Shown here: in pieces, positions 28,154 through 40,540 of the stretch
Layout: every line of letters begins with the position of its first letter
How positions within the stretch are numbered: position 1 is the stretch's first letter
NCBI GenBank assembly: GCA_029953675.1
Contig: JAMWBK010000001.1
Location: 1,260,001-1,508,000, forward strand
Length of the DNA: 248,000 nt
From: Rhodosorus marinus CCMP1338
Taxonomy: Eukaryota > Plantae > Rhodophyta
Reading direction: 5' to 3'
The notes under the pieces: generated by a model
Told to the model about the DNA's origin: nothing
The model's database searches: none
Seen by the model: only the letters and a program-made list of their open reading frames with translations
Made by a program: the position numbers and the translations under genes

Positions 28154-30530
28154 TTGGGTTCCCTACGTCAGGGCGGTATAGGCCTCTGTAATCGAGCTGT
28201 TATCCAACCAACAGCTGTGGTCGCTTGGGGCACCGCCCTCCCGACGTTGAACGGTTGGGTGTATCCAGTTTCCGGAATTTGGAGGTCAGTCTTTCCAGTA
28301 ATGATCTACACTCTAGTGTCCCTGAAAGTGCCCGTGGTGTGTTGCTCGAGCTCCAATCGGAGATTTCATTCTGTACCAGTCTCCCCCAGCCGACCTTCAC
28401 CCATGGCTGGCTGGCTGGTGAGCCGTGTTTTCGCGGGCTCGCGGCCCTGCGACCCGCCGGTCCTGTACCTATCGCGCTTGACCCTGTGGTTGCTGAATAA
28501 ACAGATGTCCCTCGCGATCATCCTGATGATGGACCGGGCTCTGGGAGTCGCGTATCCGCACGCACGGATGCGTTGCAAAATACTTTTTCTTGGGACTTGC
28601 ACCGTGCTGAACGGTCTACTTCTAGCGCAGATGGTCTCAGCTCCCCGAGATCGCGCTCGCCCGCGTAGTCTTGAGGGGTGTATTAGCTCTCATTGGCTCA
28701 TAACCGTCCCCGCTTTTCCGCCACTCACACTCACAGATTTCGAAGTGCGCACTTCTCTGCGCTTAAACCTCGGCTTACATCAGCCGCCCCGGCCTTCCGA
28801 GATGGGTCACCCTGCCCTATACGCTCTCGGAACGAAGATACAGCGGATTTTGGCCCCCACCTGCTCGCCAGCTGCCCCGCTGTGAAAGGAGCCCGAACCC
28901 GATGACATACGCAGATCCTTAACCTGCTAGACCGCGAACTACAACGGCCTACCTACGGCAAGCCAATGTTGAAATTGAACGGGAGAAGCCCCTGCCTGTC
29001 GCAGACTACCAAAATAAGTAAGTCCGCGTGGCTAGCGTCTTGGTCACCTGTGACGATAGCCGCCGTACGACATACGTTGATCTTGCTTGTCATTGTTCAG
29101 AATCCTCAGGCTCGTCGTTATTTGCCGGCTGCGGGAGAGCGCCGTGGATTTGCCACTGCCAATAAGACGTCGCGAAGAGTTGAAATATGGGGGTGGCTTT
29201 GTCTACCCCAGGCATACGTGCTTTGGCTCTAGCTCATCGCCTGGTACCTCTGGTCGTTGAGTGTTTTGCGTTTCTGGATTCCGTTGACTGTCGTTAGCTT
29301 CGGGAAGTGTTTCGCGAACGCCTTGACCGTCTGCTCTAGCTGTTTACCCGTTTAAGTTTCTTGCTGTGGCGTATGAATGCTGCTTTGATGTAAGAGGCGC
29401 ACGATCTTCGCCGCGCTTAGTCTTTTTTTTCCCCTCGGGGTTTTTCCTTCAGTCTCCGATTAAACAAATTCCTTCATTGAATGAATTCGTTTTAATCTGA
29501 GACTGGGTTACACAACTCATACAATGGAGACTGGAGGTGACGCTGGAACCGAGCGGACACTATCCAGGCAGCCACCTTCGACTGGACAGAATAGCACGCC
29601 ACCCTCGGACCAGGAAGCTGTACGTGATCGACGTAAAAGTGACCCGGCCGTTGCAAAAGACCTACCTACACAAAGCTTCCTGGGAGACAGGGTACGCTTC
29701 ACGCAAGGCCGAGAAGTTTAAACAGTCCAACCACCGGGATGCGACCGGGGCTCATAAGGACGACATTTTCGTGCCCTCCTGCGTGGAGACGTTCGCGAGG
29801 ATGGGTAAAGCAAGCTGATGAGTTCTTAAAAGAGGTGACTCTGCACTTGCAGCACCCAGCGACACAAGTCAGCGAAGCACGCGCGAAACTCAACTATTCT
29901 TTACGGAAAGCGAATGCACAACTTGCCACGCAGGCGCGCCGAATTGACGAAGGGAGCTATCAGATCGTCCCTCTAGTAGAACGTAGCCGCACAACCCAGC
30001 AGGTTTTTATTAACGGCATAGATTCATGCCTTATTTCCTCCTGACCGGCTCTAATAGGGAGTCCATTAGTCTTGAATTGAACGTGAGAAGCCCCTGCCTG
30101 TCGCAGACTACGAGAATGATGAACGCCGCGTGGCTGACCTCGTGGTCACCTGTGACGTAGCCGTACGACGTACGTTGACAATGCTGTTCCTAATCCTCAG
30201 GCTTGTCGCTATTTGCCGCTGCCAACATGAGACGTCGCAAAGAGTTGAAATATGCGGAGGCCTTGTCTTCCCCAGGCATTCGTGCTTGGGCTTTAGCTCA
30301 TCGGCTAGTACCTCTGGTCATTGAGTGCCTTGGGTTTTTGGATTCCGTTGGTTCTCGTTAGTTTCGGGAAGTGTTCCGCGAACGCTCTGACCGTCTGTCC
30401 TCGTGTCTACCCGTTTAAGTTTCTTGCTGTGGCGTATGAACGCTGCTTTGACGTAAGAGGCGCACGATCTTCGACGCGCTTAGGCTTTTTTTTCCTCTCG
30501 GCTTTTTTTTCTTTCAGCCTCCGATGTAAC
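28154..30530 (+). mobile_element. Cluster of degenerate family B and other RLE fragments
   Basis: Frameshifted homology to the B ORF2 C-terminus; separate RLE fragment YVIDVKVTRPL..FVPSCVETFARMG. Confidence 0.75.
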
Positions 30531-31118
30531 CAATTCATTCAATAGGGAGTCCCTTAGCGAAAGCTTTCCCGGTTTCAGGGCGACCAGCTGTGGCGACTAC
30601 AACGATTCGATTAGATCTATTCCGGTCCATCAATAGAAATTTGTTTTACCTAAAAGACAAAAAAAAACCGAGTGTCGCAGGACCGGAATTCCGGCCTCAT
30701 CGTAAAATTAAGTAGACATAAAAACAGTATTTCCAACGGAGTAACGGCGGATGATAGCGTTCAACTGATAATCATCATATACACGTTATCGTGTATATGA
30801 TGATTATCAGTTGAACGCTAACGGTTTTTGCGTCATATCTTCCACGTTTAAGGACTATGAACGTCATATTTGTTTTTGATTTAGAGTTTTATGTGTATTA
30901 TGAAAATATATATGATCATATTGTAGAGATTTTTCTTAGATGTAGATTGTGTTTGTCCATGAGAGTAGCTGCTGTTTTGGTACTTAAATTGGATTCGGGT
31001 GGGGAGCGTGGAGGGTTGGAGTGGGGAAGGGAGGGGAGGCTGTGTGAAGGAGCTTGAAATTGGATGCCGGTGTTGTGGATGTGTGTGAGGATTTTTGGCC
31101 CTCGGAGGAGAGAACGGG

Positions 31119-32054
31119 ATGGGTTGGACTGCAGATGAAATACCGGACCTTAGCGGGAAGGTTGCGATTGTGACTGGTGCGAATACTGGGCTCGGGAAGG
31201 AAATCGCGACCCGTCTTGCGGAGCACGATGCGACTACTGTGATGGCGTGTCGGACGGCGGCGAAGGCGGAGGCGGCGAAGAAGGAGATCCTGGCGGAGAT
31301 CGGAGAGAGGAAGCGGTTGGAGGTGATGGCGCTGGACGTGTCGTCATTGGAGTCGGTGAGGAGCTTTGCGGTAGAGTTTTCGTCAAAGTACAAGCGACTG
31401 GATATTCTGATGGAGAACGCGGGGGTAATGGCGCTGGATCCAAAGCAGGAGAGCGTAGACGGATTCGAGATGCAGTTCGCGACAAACCACATCGGACACT
31501 TTCTGCTAACAAAGATGCTAATGCCTCTGCTGGAGAAGACGGAGGGAAGCCGTGTGGTGACCCACAGCAGTGCCGCAAACTTTAGCGGGAAGTTCCAGTG
31601 GGACGACATCCAGGGCGAGAAGAGCTACAAACCCTGGGACCAGTACTCTATGACCAAACTCGCCAACATATGCTTCGCCAACGAGTTGAACAAACGAGTC
31701 CAAACGGCCGGTAAAGGCTTCCCCACTACCTACTCCGTCCACCCCGGAGGTGTCAGAACTCAGCTCCTGGACAACGCCGTGCAAGACTTTCGGGCCAAAA
31801 CTTTCGACTTCTTTAGTTCTTATGCCTTTGGAACTTTCGAGACGGGATCAAGGCCAGCTCTGTTCGCGTGTGCTGCACCCGAGGCAGAGCCAGGAGCGTT
31901 CTATGGGCCCACCGGCCCGATCCCGATGCTCAGCTTGATGAACGGCAGCTACCCGGGCAAAATAGCGCCAAACAAGCTTGCGCTCGACAGCGAGGAGTGC
32001 AAGAAGCTATGGGAACTGTCTGAGGAGCTCATCGAGGAAAAATTTGATATCTAA
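31119..32054 (+). CDS. Short-chain dehydrogenase/reductase (retinol dehydrogenase/WWOX-like SDR)
   Basis: TGANTGLG Rossmann motif, NAGVM, FATNHIGHF, YSMTK catalytic YxxxK; likely start MGWTADEIPDLSGK; intronless. Confidence 0.93.
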   Translation: MGWTADEIPDLSGKVAIVTGANTGLGKEIATRLAEHDATTVMACRTAAKAEAAKKEILAEIGERKRLEVMALDVSSLESVRSFAVEFSSKYKRLDILMENAGVMALDPKQESVDGFEMQFATNHIGHFLLTKMLMPLLEKTEGSRVVTHSSAANFSGKFQWDDIQGEKSYKPWDQYSMTKLANICFANELNKRVQTAGKGFPTTYSVHPGGVRTQLLDNAVQDFRAKTFDFFSSYAFGTFETGSRPALFACAAPEAEPGAFYGPTGPIPMLSLMNGSYPGKIAPNKLALDSEECKKLWELSEELIEEKFDI

Positions 32055-35000
32055 AGTGGAACTACGCGACGGCGATCATCGCTCTCGGCTCAATCTGCTC
32101 TATCTGAATTGCGAACTGGGACTCTGCTTGAAGAATATGTTCCGATGACGGGCAAGCACGGGAGGAAGAGGTCGGAAGGTTCCAACGCCCTACGCAAGAC
32201 AATTAAGTAAAACTCGCCGCCAGGCGTCGGTCACCGATCTCGTTCGTCTGAAGCGCCGTGACTGAGCGCAGTCGACGGGACCATACCCTCTGTAAAGGAG
32301 GAGGAGAAGCCAACTCGCTTCCTCACCAAAAATACGACTCATCCAGAAACCCGTTGGATGCGGGCCTGCATACTCTCCATTTTTACTCAAAAACTCGTCC
32401 ATCCCGACGTCTTTGGTCATTCACACTTTTTCCCATCAACTAAAACTGAATAGCTATCGATTCTGTGTATCGAGCACAGTATTATTGAGTAAATGCTGGT
32501 CATAGAATGATGGGTGCACGAGCACAAGTCCACTCATCACTATCCTGAAAGGACAGCCTGTCAACCTCCACACCGTCTCTCCTTAAGCAACGTATTGTGC
32601 TGACAGTATGTCGCGACATATTGTCGAAAGTTTTGTCGTAGTCCTGTAGCAATGTCGTGCCTAGGTGTCGGTGATAAGTTGTTTAGTAAGACCACCAACG
32701 ATTTATAGATTGATTACTGCAATGAGGACTGATGATGGCCTTTAACTGATGGACTTGAAGCGGTGATCGTCATTGTTTGAATCTCTACTGGATCGAGGCC
32801 AATAGGAGGCAGTAACACAGATCAAGCCCCCGTGGTTGGCCATGATCTAAATGCTCCGTATGATGGATGAACACCTTGAGTATCTCCAGCTACTATGACT
32901 TTAGGGGTCACCTTAGAAGCTTCACATTGGTTTTTGTAAACGGATCTCCTACAATCTGAACGATTTCCATGATGAGCTAAGCCTCCCAGCTTGATCTTGC
33001 TGTGCTAGCGATGCCACACCACTATATAAACTTTATATAACATATACTCAAAGGTCTCCGGCTTGGACTCGGGACGTTTGAAAGAAAGCGAGAGAGTCAA
33101 CGGCCATATAGAAGCAGACTAACATAGTTTATGAGACCACGCGCTTATTCATGTCGAATGACTGTGGTGTGCCTATGGACACTGACGATGGTGGTGCTGC
33201 GGCTCCGTCCTCCCCGGCAATCATCAATCAACAAGAAGATGAAGAAAAACTCCTTGCACCAACTTGCGGATGTAGCGATAGGGATGCAGCTACATCCGGA
33301 AGAAAAGCACGATAGGCTATGCTAAGGAGACCCCAGAGCGGGGTACAATACTACATTCTATGGGAAAGTGTTCGAACATATTCATCTTTACGCGTGGCAC
33401 GGATCGCCCAGCGACCGGTACCACGCCAGAGTTCTCGACTCAGATCCACTCGGACGAGAGTGCGCGCGTCCGCGTTGCTTTCGAGATGTTCAGTAGCTTC
33501 TTTGAGGAAGTTTTTTGCGGCTTGACCAAGTCTTCCAAACCCTCCCATGGCGACAGTACAAATTGGGAGTCATTGTGAGCGCCGTTGGCATCACGATATT
33601 TGGCTCGTTTCCGTGCTTCAGAGTTAGCTGCAGCATAGCCGGTTTGATAGGCACCACGAGCAACTAGATGGGCTCTTAGCGGGGACTCTACCTTGACATC
33701 AAGAACATTCTGCTTACCAGTACGATGATGACGAACAAGAACGTATGGTCGAAGCCGGCGACCATCAAAAAAGTTGGAGGGCTTAACTTGAACCTGATAA
33801 AGGTGCCACCGCCGTAGGTGTCGCGCAAGTTCATCGCGACTCTTGGTAGGTCAGTCTCTCAGCTTTATGGATTCCGTTTGCTCCCGTTGGCTCCCGCTGG
33901 CTCCCGTTGGCTTCGCGAATTGTTCCGCGAGCGCGGACGGCTCTCGTCGTCTACCCGGATTGAGTTTTCTGATGTACGTACGAACGGTGCTTTGAATGGG
34001 GGGAGGGGGAAGGGGTGCGCTTGCAGACGCACTGTCGTCTCTTGCTTCTTCCTCTTCAACGTCACTGCCTATGGTTGCCGCTGATGTCACCATGGACTTT
34101 GTCCTGCTTGCACGGCAAAACCAGCAAGAAAAGATCTGTTGTTTGAATTTCAAGTTCCGTTTTCGTCTCAAAAAAAAGGGGCCAAATATGTGCCATCGTA
34201 GAAACTCCAGTCTCCAACTTCCGTCTCAAAGTAGAAACTAGTTCCGTCGGGTTTTATCTGGGCGATCTATACTAAAATTACGATTTTTGGATATATATTG
34301 TGCTAAAACTGAGACATAGCTAACTTTTAAATTACTTTAATTCACATTTTGCTCTGATTCTGGGACAGTCGATTGTTCTTGTTTTGTCCATAGCTTCAAG
34401 TCCCATCTATTCTTTTTAATAAGGGTTGTTGTCATAAAATGTCCGAGAAAACAACGAGCCTCTGCTGTATATTGAATAAACTAAGAAAATTCATTCGCGT
34501 GCAGTGGAAACTCTTTGAAAACACATGTCTGATCGCGCCTATATCGGACAGGCTTTTCTTCCAATATATGGGATATTTATTCTTCTATTCGATATTATTC
34601 GTACTAGTATCTGTACTAAGATTTGTTATCGGACGAAACATGACATATTAATCCCACCTGTCGTTTGATATCGTTTTTCAAGAAATATGCTCCCTATTCC
34701 AAGGGAGAGACACGTGGGCAGATCATAAAGGTAAATACCATAAGTATTTTTAAACTAATTAGACCAATGAATTCCTCTTACACAATCGTTCTTGAAACTG
34801 ATTGGATATGGAGAAATTGTGCACCAATAATTTTGATAAGTCTTCTGTAATTTGTCTTTTTGGGGGGGGGGGATTTGTGCTGTCAAATACGCCGAGTTCT
34901 ATAGCCTTTTTTTCCAATAAACTCATATTTCTACTATGCTTTTCGAGCGTCATTGAAAAGTAATTCACTATTCAAAATAATTCTCATTGTTTTTGTTTAG

Positions 35001-36712
35001 ATTTTATTGTTGTGGATTGTTAAATAATGTCAAAATGAGAATTTGATGTGGGATTCTAGTCCCCGCGATTCCCCCCCTCCCCTCCCCGGGTTTCCCACAC
35101 CACCCGACTTGCTGCACGGAGCTGGTTCTCCAGGTACTTGAAAGGTATCGATCGTTTGTACATTTGGTCTCTGCTTCAGCGTTCTCGCTTCGTGGCCTAT
35201 TTCATAGCGACCTAGCTCATCTTGTTGGTACCCCAATTTCACCCCAACGGAGTGACTCTCTTCGCATTCAAGCACTGTTTTGTTGTTGGATGTATGCGTG
35301 ATATCATCGTCCTTCCTGCTTCTGAGAGTAGTTACAATGGGGTAGGTCATAAAACACCGTTTTCAACCTTTTTTGTTGTTTCTCTTAGGCAAATGAGCCG
35401 TGTGGTCCCCATCGGCCGACCACATTCCTTGTCAGCGATAACTGGTCGACAGAGCAGGTGAAAGAGTTACTTCGGAGATAAGCGAGTGGGGAGGTAAACC
35501 TTGTTCGTGGAGGGTTTTTTTTTTTTTTTGGCTCACATGCGGTCCGTTTACGGCTTCTCCTTCTCTACTGCTCAATGTGGGTGGCCTCCAGCTTCAAAGT
35601 ACGTACTCGTTGAGCAAAAAAGACATGTTGAAATGGCCAGTCAATATTCGCAAGGAGCATTTTTTGAAAAAACAATGTCGGTGTGGCATTCGTCCGCACG
35701 ACATTAGCAGCGACCAGGAGAATTTCTCTCACCCTAATCGAATATTTTTATAGGTCTTCCCCAGGCATTGGCGCTTCGGCTCTAGCTCATCGCCTGGTAC
35801 CTCTGGTCACGTTGAGTGCTTTGGGTTTATGGATTCCGCCGGTTCTCTTTGGCTTCGGCAAGTGTTCCGCGAACGCTCCTGACCGTCTTTCCTCAGTGTT
35901 CACCCGTTTAAGTTTCTTGCTGTGGCGTATGAACGCTGCTTTGATGTTGGAGGCGCGCGATCTTCTCCGCGCTTAGTTTTCTTTTCCCCTCGGGGTTGTT
36001 TTCTTTCAGTCTCCGATTAAACCAATTCATTCATTCAATCGAATATTTTTTTTAGGATCCTACTTTTCGACGGCACCTCCGCGGCCAAAGAGTTTGTCAA
36101 TGCTCCCAAAGAACAATGGCCTATCGGGCTCTTCTCTGGTGGCCGGGATCGAAAAAAAAAGAAAAGGGATCAAAACATGATTTTCCGAGTCGTTATCCTG
36201 GCCAATGAGTGTCGATGGTGTTGCGAACATTGGCGTCATCACGAAGGAAATCCTCGATTTGGATGGAATTGTGCTGGCCAGCGGTCGAGGCTCAACGTTT
36301 CTTTTAGGTACATCGGCCTTGGGGAAGGGAGAGTTGAAAGAGGTGTGTTTTGGAGGAGCAGCTGAATGTGAGTGTTTAGTGACTGTTTGAGAGGGTAAAG
36401 AGTTTGGGGTGGTTGGGAGGCAAGGCGTGGAGAGGTTTGGACGGGTTTGTAGTAACGAGGGAGGATGACGGTACAATTTTTTGGACTAACTTTTTTTGAT
36501 TTGTTCCTTTAGATTTCCGCTTCGACCGGCCAGGCTTTTTTCGATTGGACCCTTTTTTTTACGATCTAACGAATCGTTTTTGAAGCCGTCGATTTATCTT
36601 CGCAAGGCTGTAGCACTTTTTGGGACATAGAGCCTGTTAAAGCAATTGGGAAGGTGTCGAGAAATAGGCTGGTCTTGATGATAAAAGTTGCGGTTATCCG
36701 CGGGAGGGGGGG

Positions 36713-39700
36713 GTGGAGGGAGGGGTAAAGCAAGCGAATAAATTAGAAACCCAAATGAGGGGCGGAGTCGTGGCATTGGCGGTGATTGCGCTGACCTTTC
36801 AGCAGGTGGTGGTCGGCGTAGCGCTTACGAAGGTTGATTTTGAAGATGCCCCAGTCGTGGAGGATATTGATGGTCTTCCGACCAGTTTCGCTTTTCTGCC
36901 TCGAGGTCAGACTGACCGCATTCTGGTGACAGACTATAGAGGCATGGTCCAAGTTGTAGTGAAGGGAGCGGTACAGGAGAAATTGTTCCTAGACGAGAGG
37001 GTTTCCCAGGCGGATCTGGACGGTTGGACGGGCTACCCCAAAGTCTGGGATAGAGGCCTGGCGCCGGAGTATCGTTCCGTTGCCGTGGATTCCGATTTTG
37101 ACAATCATCCTTTCGTGTACCTCTCGTACATCCATTACGTTGAAAGAGTGCGAAGAACTCCTCCCCAAGGGTTCGTGGTTCGATACCGGGTAAGCGACGA
37201 CCTCTCGGAGGTGATCCGTAGCTCGAAGACGGTGGTGCTCGGAGGATACGTGAACGGAAATTGCACACAAGTTAGCACAAGTGAGGATAACATTTGCATT
37301 ACTTATGCCGGGCATAGCATGGGAGGATTGCTCGTGGACCCCGAGGGCAGATTGTGGATAGGGATAGGAGATGCTGCGGTTCCGGACGACTCTGACAAAC
37401 CCAGTGTAATGCAATGTCAGGACGTTGACAGCCTGTACGGGAAGCTCCTGAGGGTAGATCGGGATGGAAAAGGTCTACCAGCCAACCCGTTTTACAACGG
37501 CGATCCGGACGCTAACCGATCAAAGGTGATGGCTTTGGGCCTGCGAAACCCATGGAATACTCACTGGGACGCCGAGTTGGGGACTCCATGGCAGAGTGAT
37601 GTTGGCCAAGTAACCCGAGAGGAGTTCAATCTGATTGAACCAGGTGCGAACTACGGGTGGCCATGCATGGAGGCAGAGCTTGATCGATTTCAGTTCGGCA
37701 TCTTCGACGAGTGCGCGGACATGTTCAATGAAGTTCCACCATCCTCCGGGGCTTCGTATGTGGGCACGATAGTTGGTCCGAAATTAAGCTACTCCCGCGA
37801 GGAGGGTACTGTGATAACTTCCGCGCTGAGGGTGAAAATCGAGGGTTGGCCTGATGCTTTCAACAACGGCGTGTATTACAGTGACTATTCCGGAAACTGG
37901 ATACGCTATGTCAAGGTAGACGACGTTGGTAATGTGGTTTCGGCCCCTCTCGAGTTTGCCACTGAAATTCCCGGACCGATCAGCATTCAAACGGGGAGCG
38001 ACGGGTGTCTGTACTACCTAGCTCTCGGTTCCAGTCAGATAGGTCGGATCTGCTACAGGGAGAATAATTCACGGCCAGAGGTGGTTGGGATCGTACCGCC
38101 GGATGGGTTCATGCGCGCTTCTAGGTCGACCTTGGTTGAGGTGGCTGTAAGCAAGAAGGTGACAGCGGAATCGGCACAAGGAGCTATAGTTGTGGCAGAT
38201 ACTACGTCGGGGGATGTTGTTGCAGGGTATGTGGAGCAGGATGAGGTCAGGAACGTTCTTACCTTTGTTCCAGACGAGCTCCTGAAGGAGGACGCGGAGT
38301 ACACCGTGACCGTTTCCGGGTTGACCGACTTGAAAAATCTCTCCATGACGGACGAGGTGGCAAGTACCTTTTTAACGGGCAGAGGGTTCATCCAGTATGT
38401 CTCCGACCTTGCCCTTGCTGTGGACCCCACGCCTGACTCGCTGGTTCGTGACACAGCGATTGATGGCGTGACTCCCATACTGATTCGCGGCAGGCGATTC
38501 AGGAAGGGCTTGAGTTTTGTCCCCGTTGTGCAAGTGGAGGTTCAAGTCCCCGTTGACTGCACGTCGATTGAAGGGTACTATGGGTTGGATGACACAAACT
38601 TTTGGATTTTTGCCGGCGCTGTCGTATTTACGGTCGCCGCGGACGGCACCGTTGTTTACGACTCGACAGCGGATGGTCTCGGATTTGCCAGTAGAAAGAT
38701 CGACCCCGCGTTCTTCTTCAAGCTGGATGTCGAAAGTGGGAGCATCTTGACTCTCAAGGGTGACTTTGGAGATGGCAACACAAAGGAACGCAACAATCAT
38801 GGTGTGTGGGCCGATGTCAGGTTCCGCTGCGGCAACATAGACTCTAGGGCACCAACGGTCGAGTCGTTCGAGCCAGCCGACGGCGCAACTACATCGATCG
38901 ATCTGGTGATTCGCATCACATTCGACGAGGTCATGAACTACAACACGGTCATTCAGGCGGTGAACATTGCGTCGGCGGATGGGCGTCGCATCCCGTGGCT
39001 TCCAGTTGAGAGCGCCGAGCCCCGACAGTTCGCGCTCGAGTTGGAGGATTTGGGTTTTGATACGACGTACGTGGTCAGCGTATCGAAGACGGCTGTGGAC
39101 GTTTCTGGAAATCGATTGGAGGAAGACGTGCAGTGGTCATTTATCACCGAGCTACCGCCAGCAAGTGGGGAGAAGCTCCAAATCGTGGGAGACTTGATCC
39201 CCAAGCACTCAAGAGGAGGTGCCTCGTTCGATGGATTTCCGAGGAGGCTTAGCCCAGGAGTGAAAATATACAAGAATGGTCTTGGCATGCAGTCAAACGC
39301 CAAGGTCAGCTACGACCTGGGTGGTCTTGCTTGTACTCGGCTCAAAGGGCTCACGGGCAAGGATGCAGCTGCAGGAGGCGATTCTGGTGCTTGCCGGCTG
39401 CGGGTTCTCAGCGGGGCAAGTCAGGAAGCATCGCGGGTGCGTTTGGATCGGTACCCTCGCGCAGCTCAGCGGTCGCGGGGGCTAAATGTTGGGCTAGGAG
39501 GGGATAGCTATCTCGAGATTAAGCTTTCCGCGGGGGGGGATGGCGGCCGGGCTAAGGACCTTTGCGACATCGCCCGAGCTAGGGTAGAGTGTGATGGGGT
39601 TGATATCTACTTAACGAAGTTTACGCCGCTATCTGAACAGGGGGTGGTTGAACGGAACAGGAGTGCAGTGCGGTTGCCGCTGCAGCTGCTCAGGTCCTCA

Positions 39701-40540
39701 ATGCTCTTCGAGACTGGAATTGTTATCCCCGCGGGGGCTGAAGTGACGTTTGCAATTCCTGGACGGTGCTCGACGATCAGCTTCACAGTCGGAGCGGGCA
39801 AGGGAGCGGACTTTGGAGACACCGAGTTGGTGACTAGTGTGGACGGGGAGGCGGTGTGTACGGATCAGAACTTTTTCCATCGCGACGGAGCGAGGACATT
39901 CTCGTGCAACGTGGAAGGAGGGGAGGAACTGAAGCTTGAGGCCGTCCCAGGGGATACTGGTGGCGCGATTATTGTCGGGGAGGCAGAACTGGACTGTACC
40001 GTTGGAACTCGGAAACCTCTGTGTGAGATGTCCTCGCTTCCTAGCAGCTTTCGGATTGGAGACACAATCGAGTATGCGGGGCAAGGCTACCGCTTCAACG
40101 GAGAGGAGCTAGCTGCGAGCGCAATCAGCTGGGATATCACGCTTGTCCATTGTGAGCCGGAATGTCACGACCATCCGGAAACCAGGGTAGAAGGCAGGGA
40201 TAGCGGGAGCTACGAGATTCCCGATCACGGGGACTACTTCTTTATTAGGATCGACTGCACGGTGACGGACGGGGGTGAGACCTCTAAGACGACAGCGAGC
40301 GTGCTTCCGGAGACGGCATTGATAACGGTTGAATCGGTGCCTACCGGGAAGGTCGCCACCGTCGATGGCACGAACGGCGAGACGCCCCTCTCGAAAACAG
40401 TGGTCGTAGGCTCGACGTTCATAGTGGACGTCGACCCCGTTGGATTCGGGATCTGGTCCCATGACAATACCCTCAGTTCAAATTTTGACTACTCACTCAC
40501 GGATGGCACCCCCATTGTCTTCATCGCCAAGTTCAACTAA
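36713..40540 (+). CDS. Secreted GSDH (PQQ-type sugar dehydrogenase propeller)-Ig-like(Big_5)-NPCBM multidomain protein, copy 1
   Basis: Signal peptide (likely ATG 36755); HSMGGLL.DPEG, GKLLRV, GLRNPW motifs; NPCBM-like IRGRRFRKGL..GMDD..WAD.RFRC; C-terminal LVHCEPECHDHP..PDHG. Confidence 0.88.
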   Translation: MEGGVKQANKLETQMRGGVVALAVIALTFQQVVVGVALTKVDFEDAPVVEDIDGLPTSFAFLPRGQTDRILVTDYRGMVQVVVKGAVQEKLFLDERVSQADLDGWTGYPKVWDRGLAPEYRSVAVDSDFDNHPFVYLSYIHYVERVRRTPPQGFVVRYRVSDDLSEVIRSSKTVVLGGYVNGNCTQVSTSEDNICITYAGHSMGGLLVDPEGRLWIGIGDAAVPDDSDKPSVMQCQDVDSLYGKLLRVDRDGKGLPANPFYNGDPDANRSKVMALGLRNPWNTHWDAELGTPWQSDVGQVTREEFNLIEPGANYGWPCMEAELDRFQFGIFDECADMFNEVPPSSGASYVGTIVGPKLSYSREEGTVITSALRVKIEGWPDAFNNGVYYSDYSGNWIRYVKVDDVGNVVSAPLEFATEIPGPISIQTGSDGCLYYLALGSSQIGRICYRENNSRPEVVGIVPPDGFMRASRSTLVEVAVSKKVTAESAQGAIVVADTTSGDVVAGYVEQDEVRNVLTFVPDELLKEDAEYTVTVSGLTDLKNLSMTDEVASTFLTGRGFIQYVSDLALAVDPTPDSLVRDTAIDGVTPILIRGRRFRKGLSFVPVVQVEVQVPVDCTSIEGYYGLDDTNFWIFAGAVVFTVAADGTVVYDSTADGLGFASRKIDPAFFFKLDVESGSILTLKGDFGDGNTKERNNHGVWADVRFRCGNIDSRAPTVESFEPADGATTSIDLVIRITFDEVMNYNTVIQAVNIASADGRRIPWLPVESAEPRQFALELEDLGFDTTYVVSVSKTAVDVSGNRLEEDVQWSFITELPPASGEKLQIVGDLIPKHSRGGASFDGFPRRLSPGVKIYKNGLGMQSNAKVSYDLGGLACTRLKGLTGKDAAAGGDSGACRLRVLSGASQEASRVRLDRYPRAAQRSRGLNVGLGGDSYLEIKLSAGGDGGRAKDLCDIARARVECDGVDIYLTKFTPLSEQGVVERNRSAVRLPLQLLRSSMLFETGIVIPAGAEVTFAIPGRCSTISFTVGAGKGADFGDTELVTSVDGEAVCTDQNFFHRDGARTFSCNVEGGEELKLEAVPGDTGGAIIVGEAELDCTVGTRKPLCEMSSLPSSFRIGDTIEYAGQGYRFNGEELAASAISWDITLVHCEPECHDHPETRVEGRDSGSYEIPDHGDYFFIRIDCTVTDGGETSKTTASVLPETALITVESVPTGKVATVDGTNGETPLSKTVVVGSTFIVDVDPVGFGIWSHDNTLSSNFDYSLTDGTPIVFIAKFN

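Noticed and set aside
36713-40540. Window being bacterial DNA because of GSDH/NPCBM/RTX genes
   Set aside because: These genes are interleaved with spliceosomal-intron genes and LTR/non-LTR retroelements; no operons or bacterial housekeeping genes
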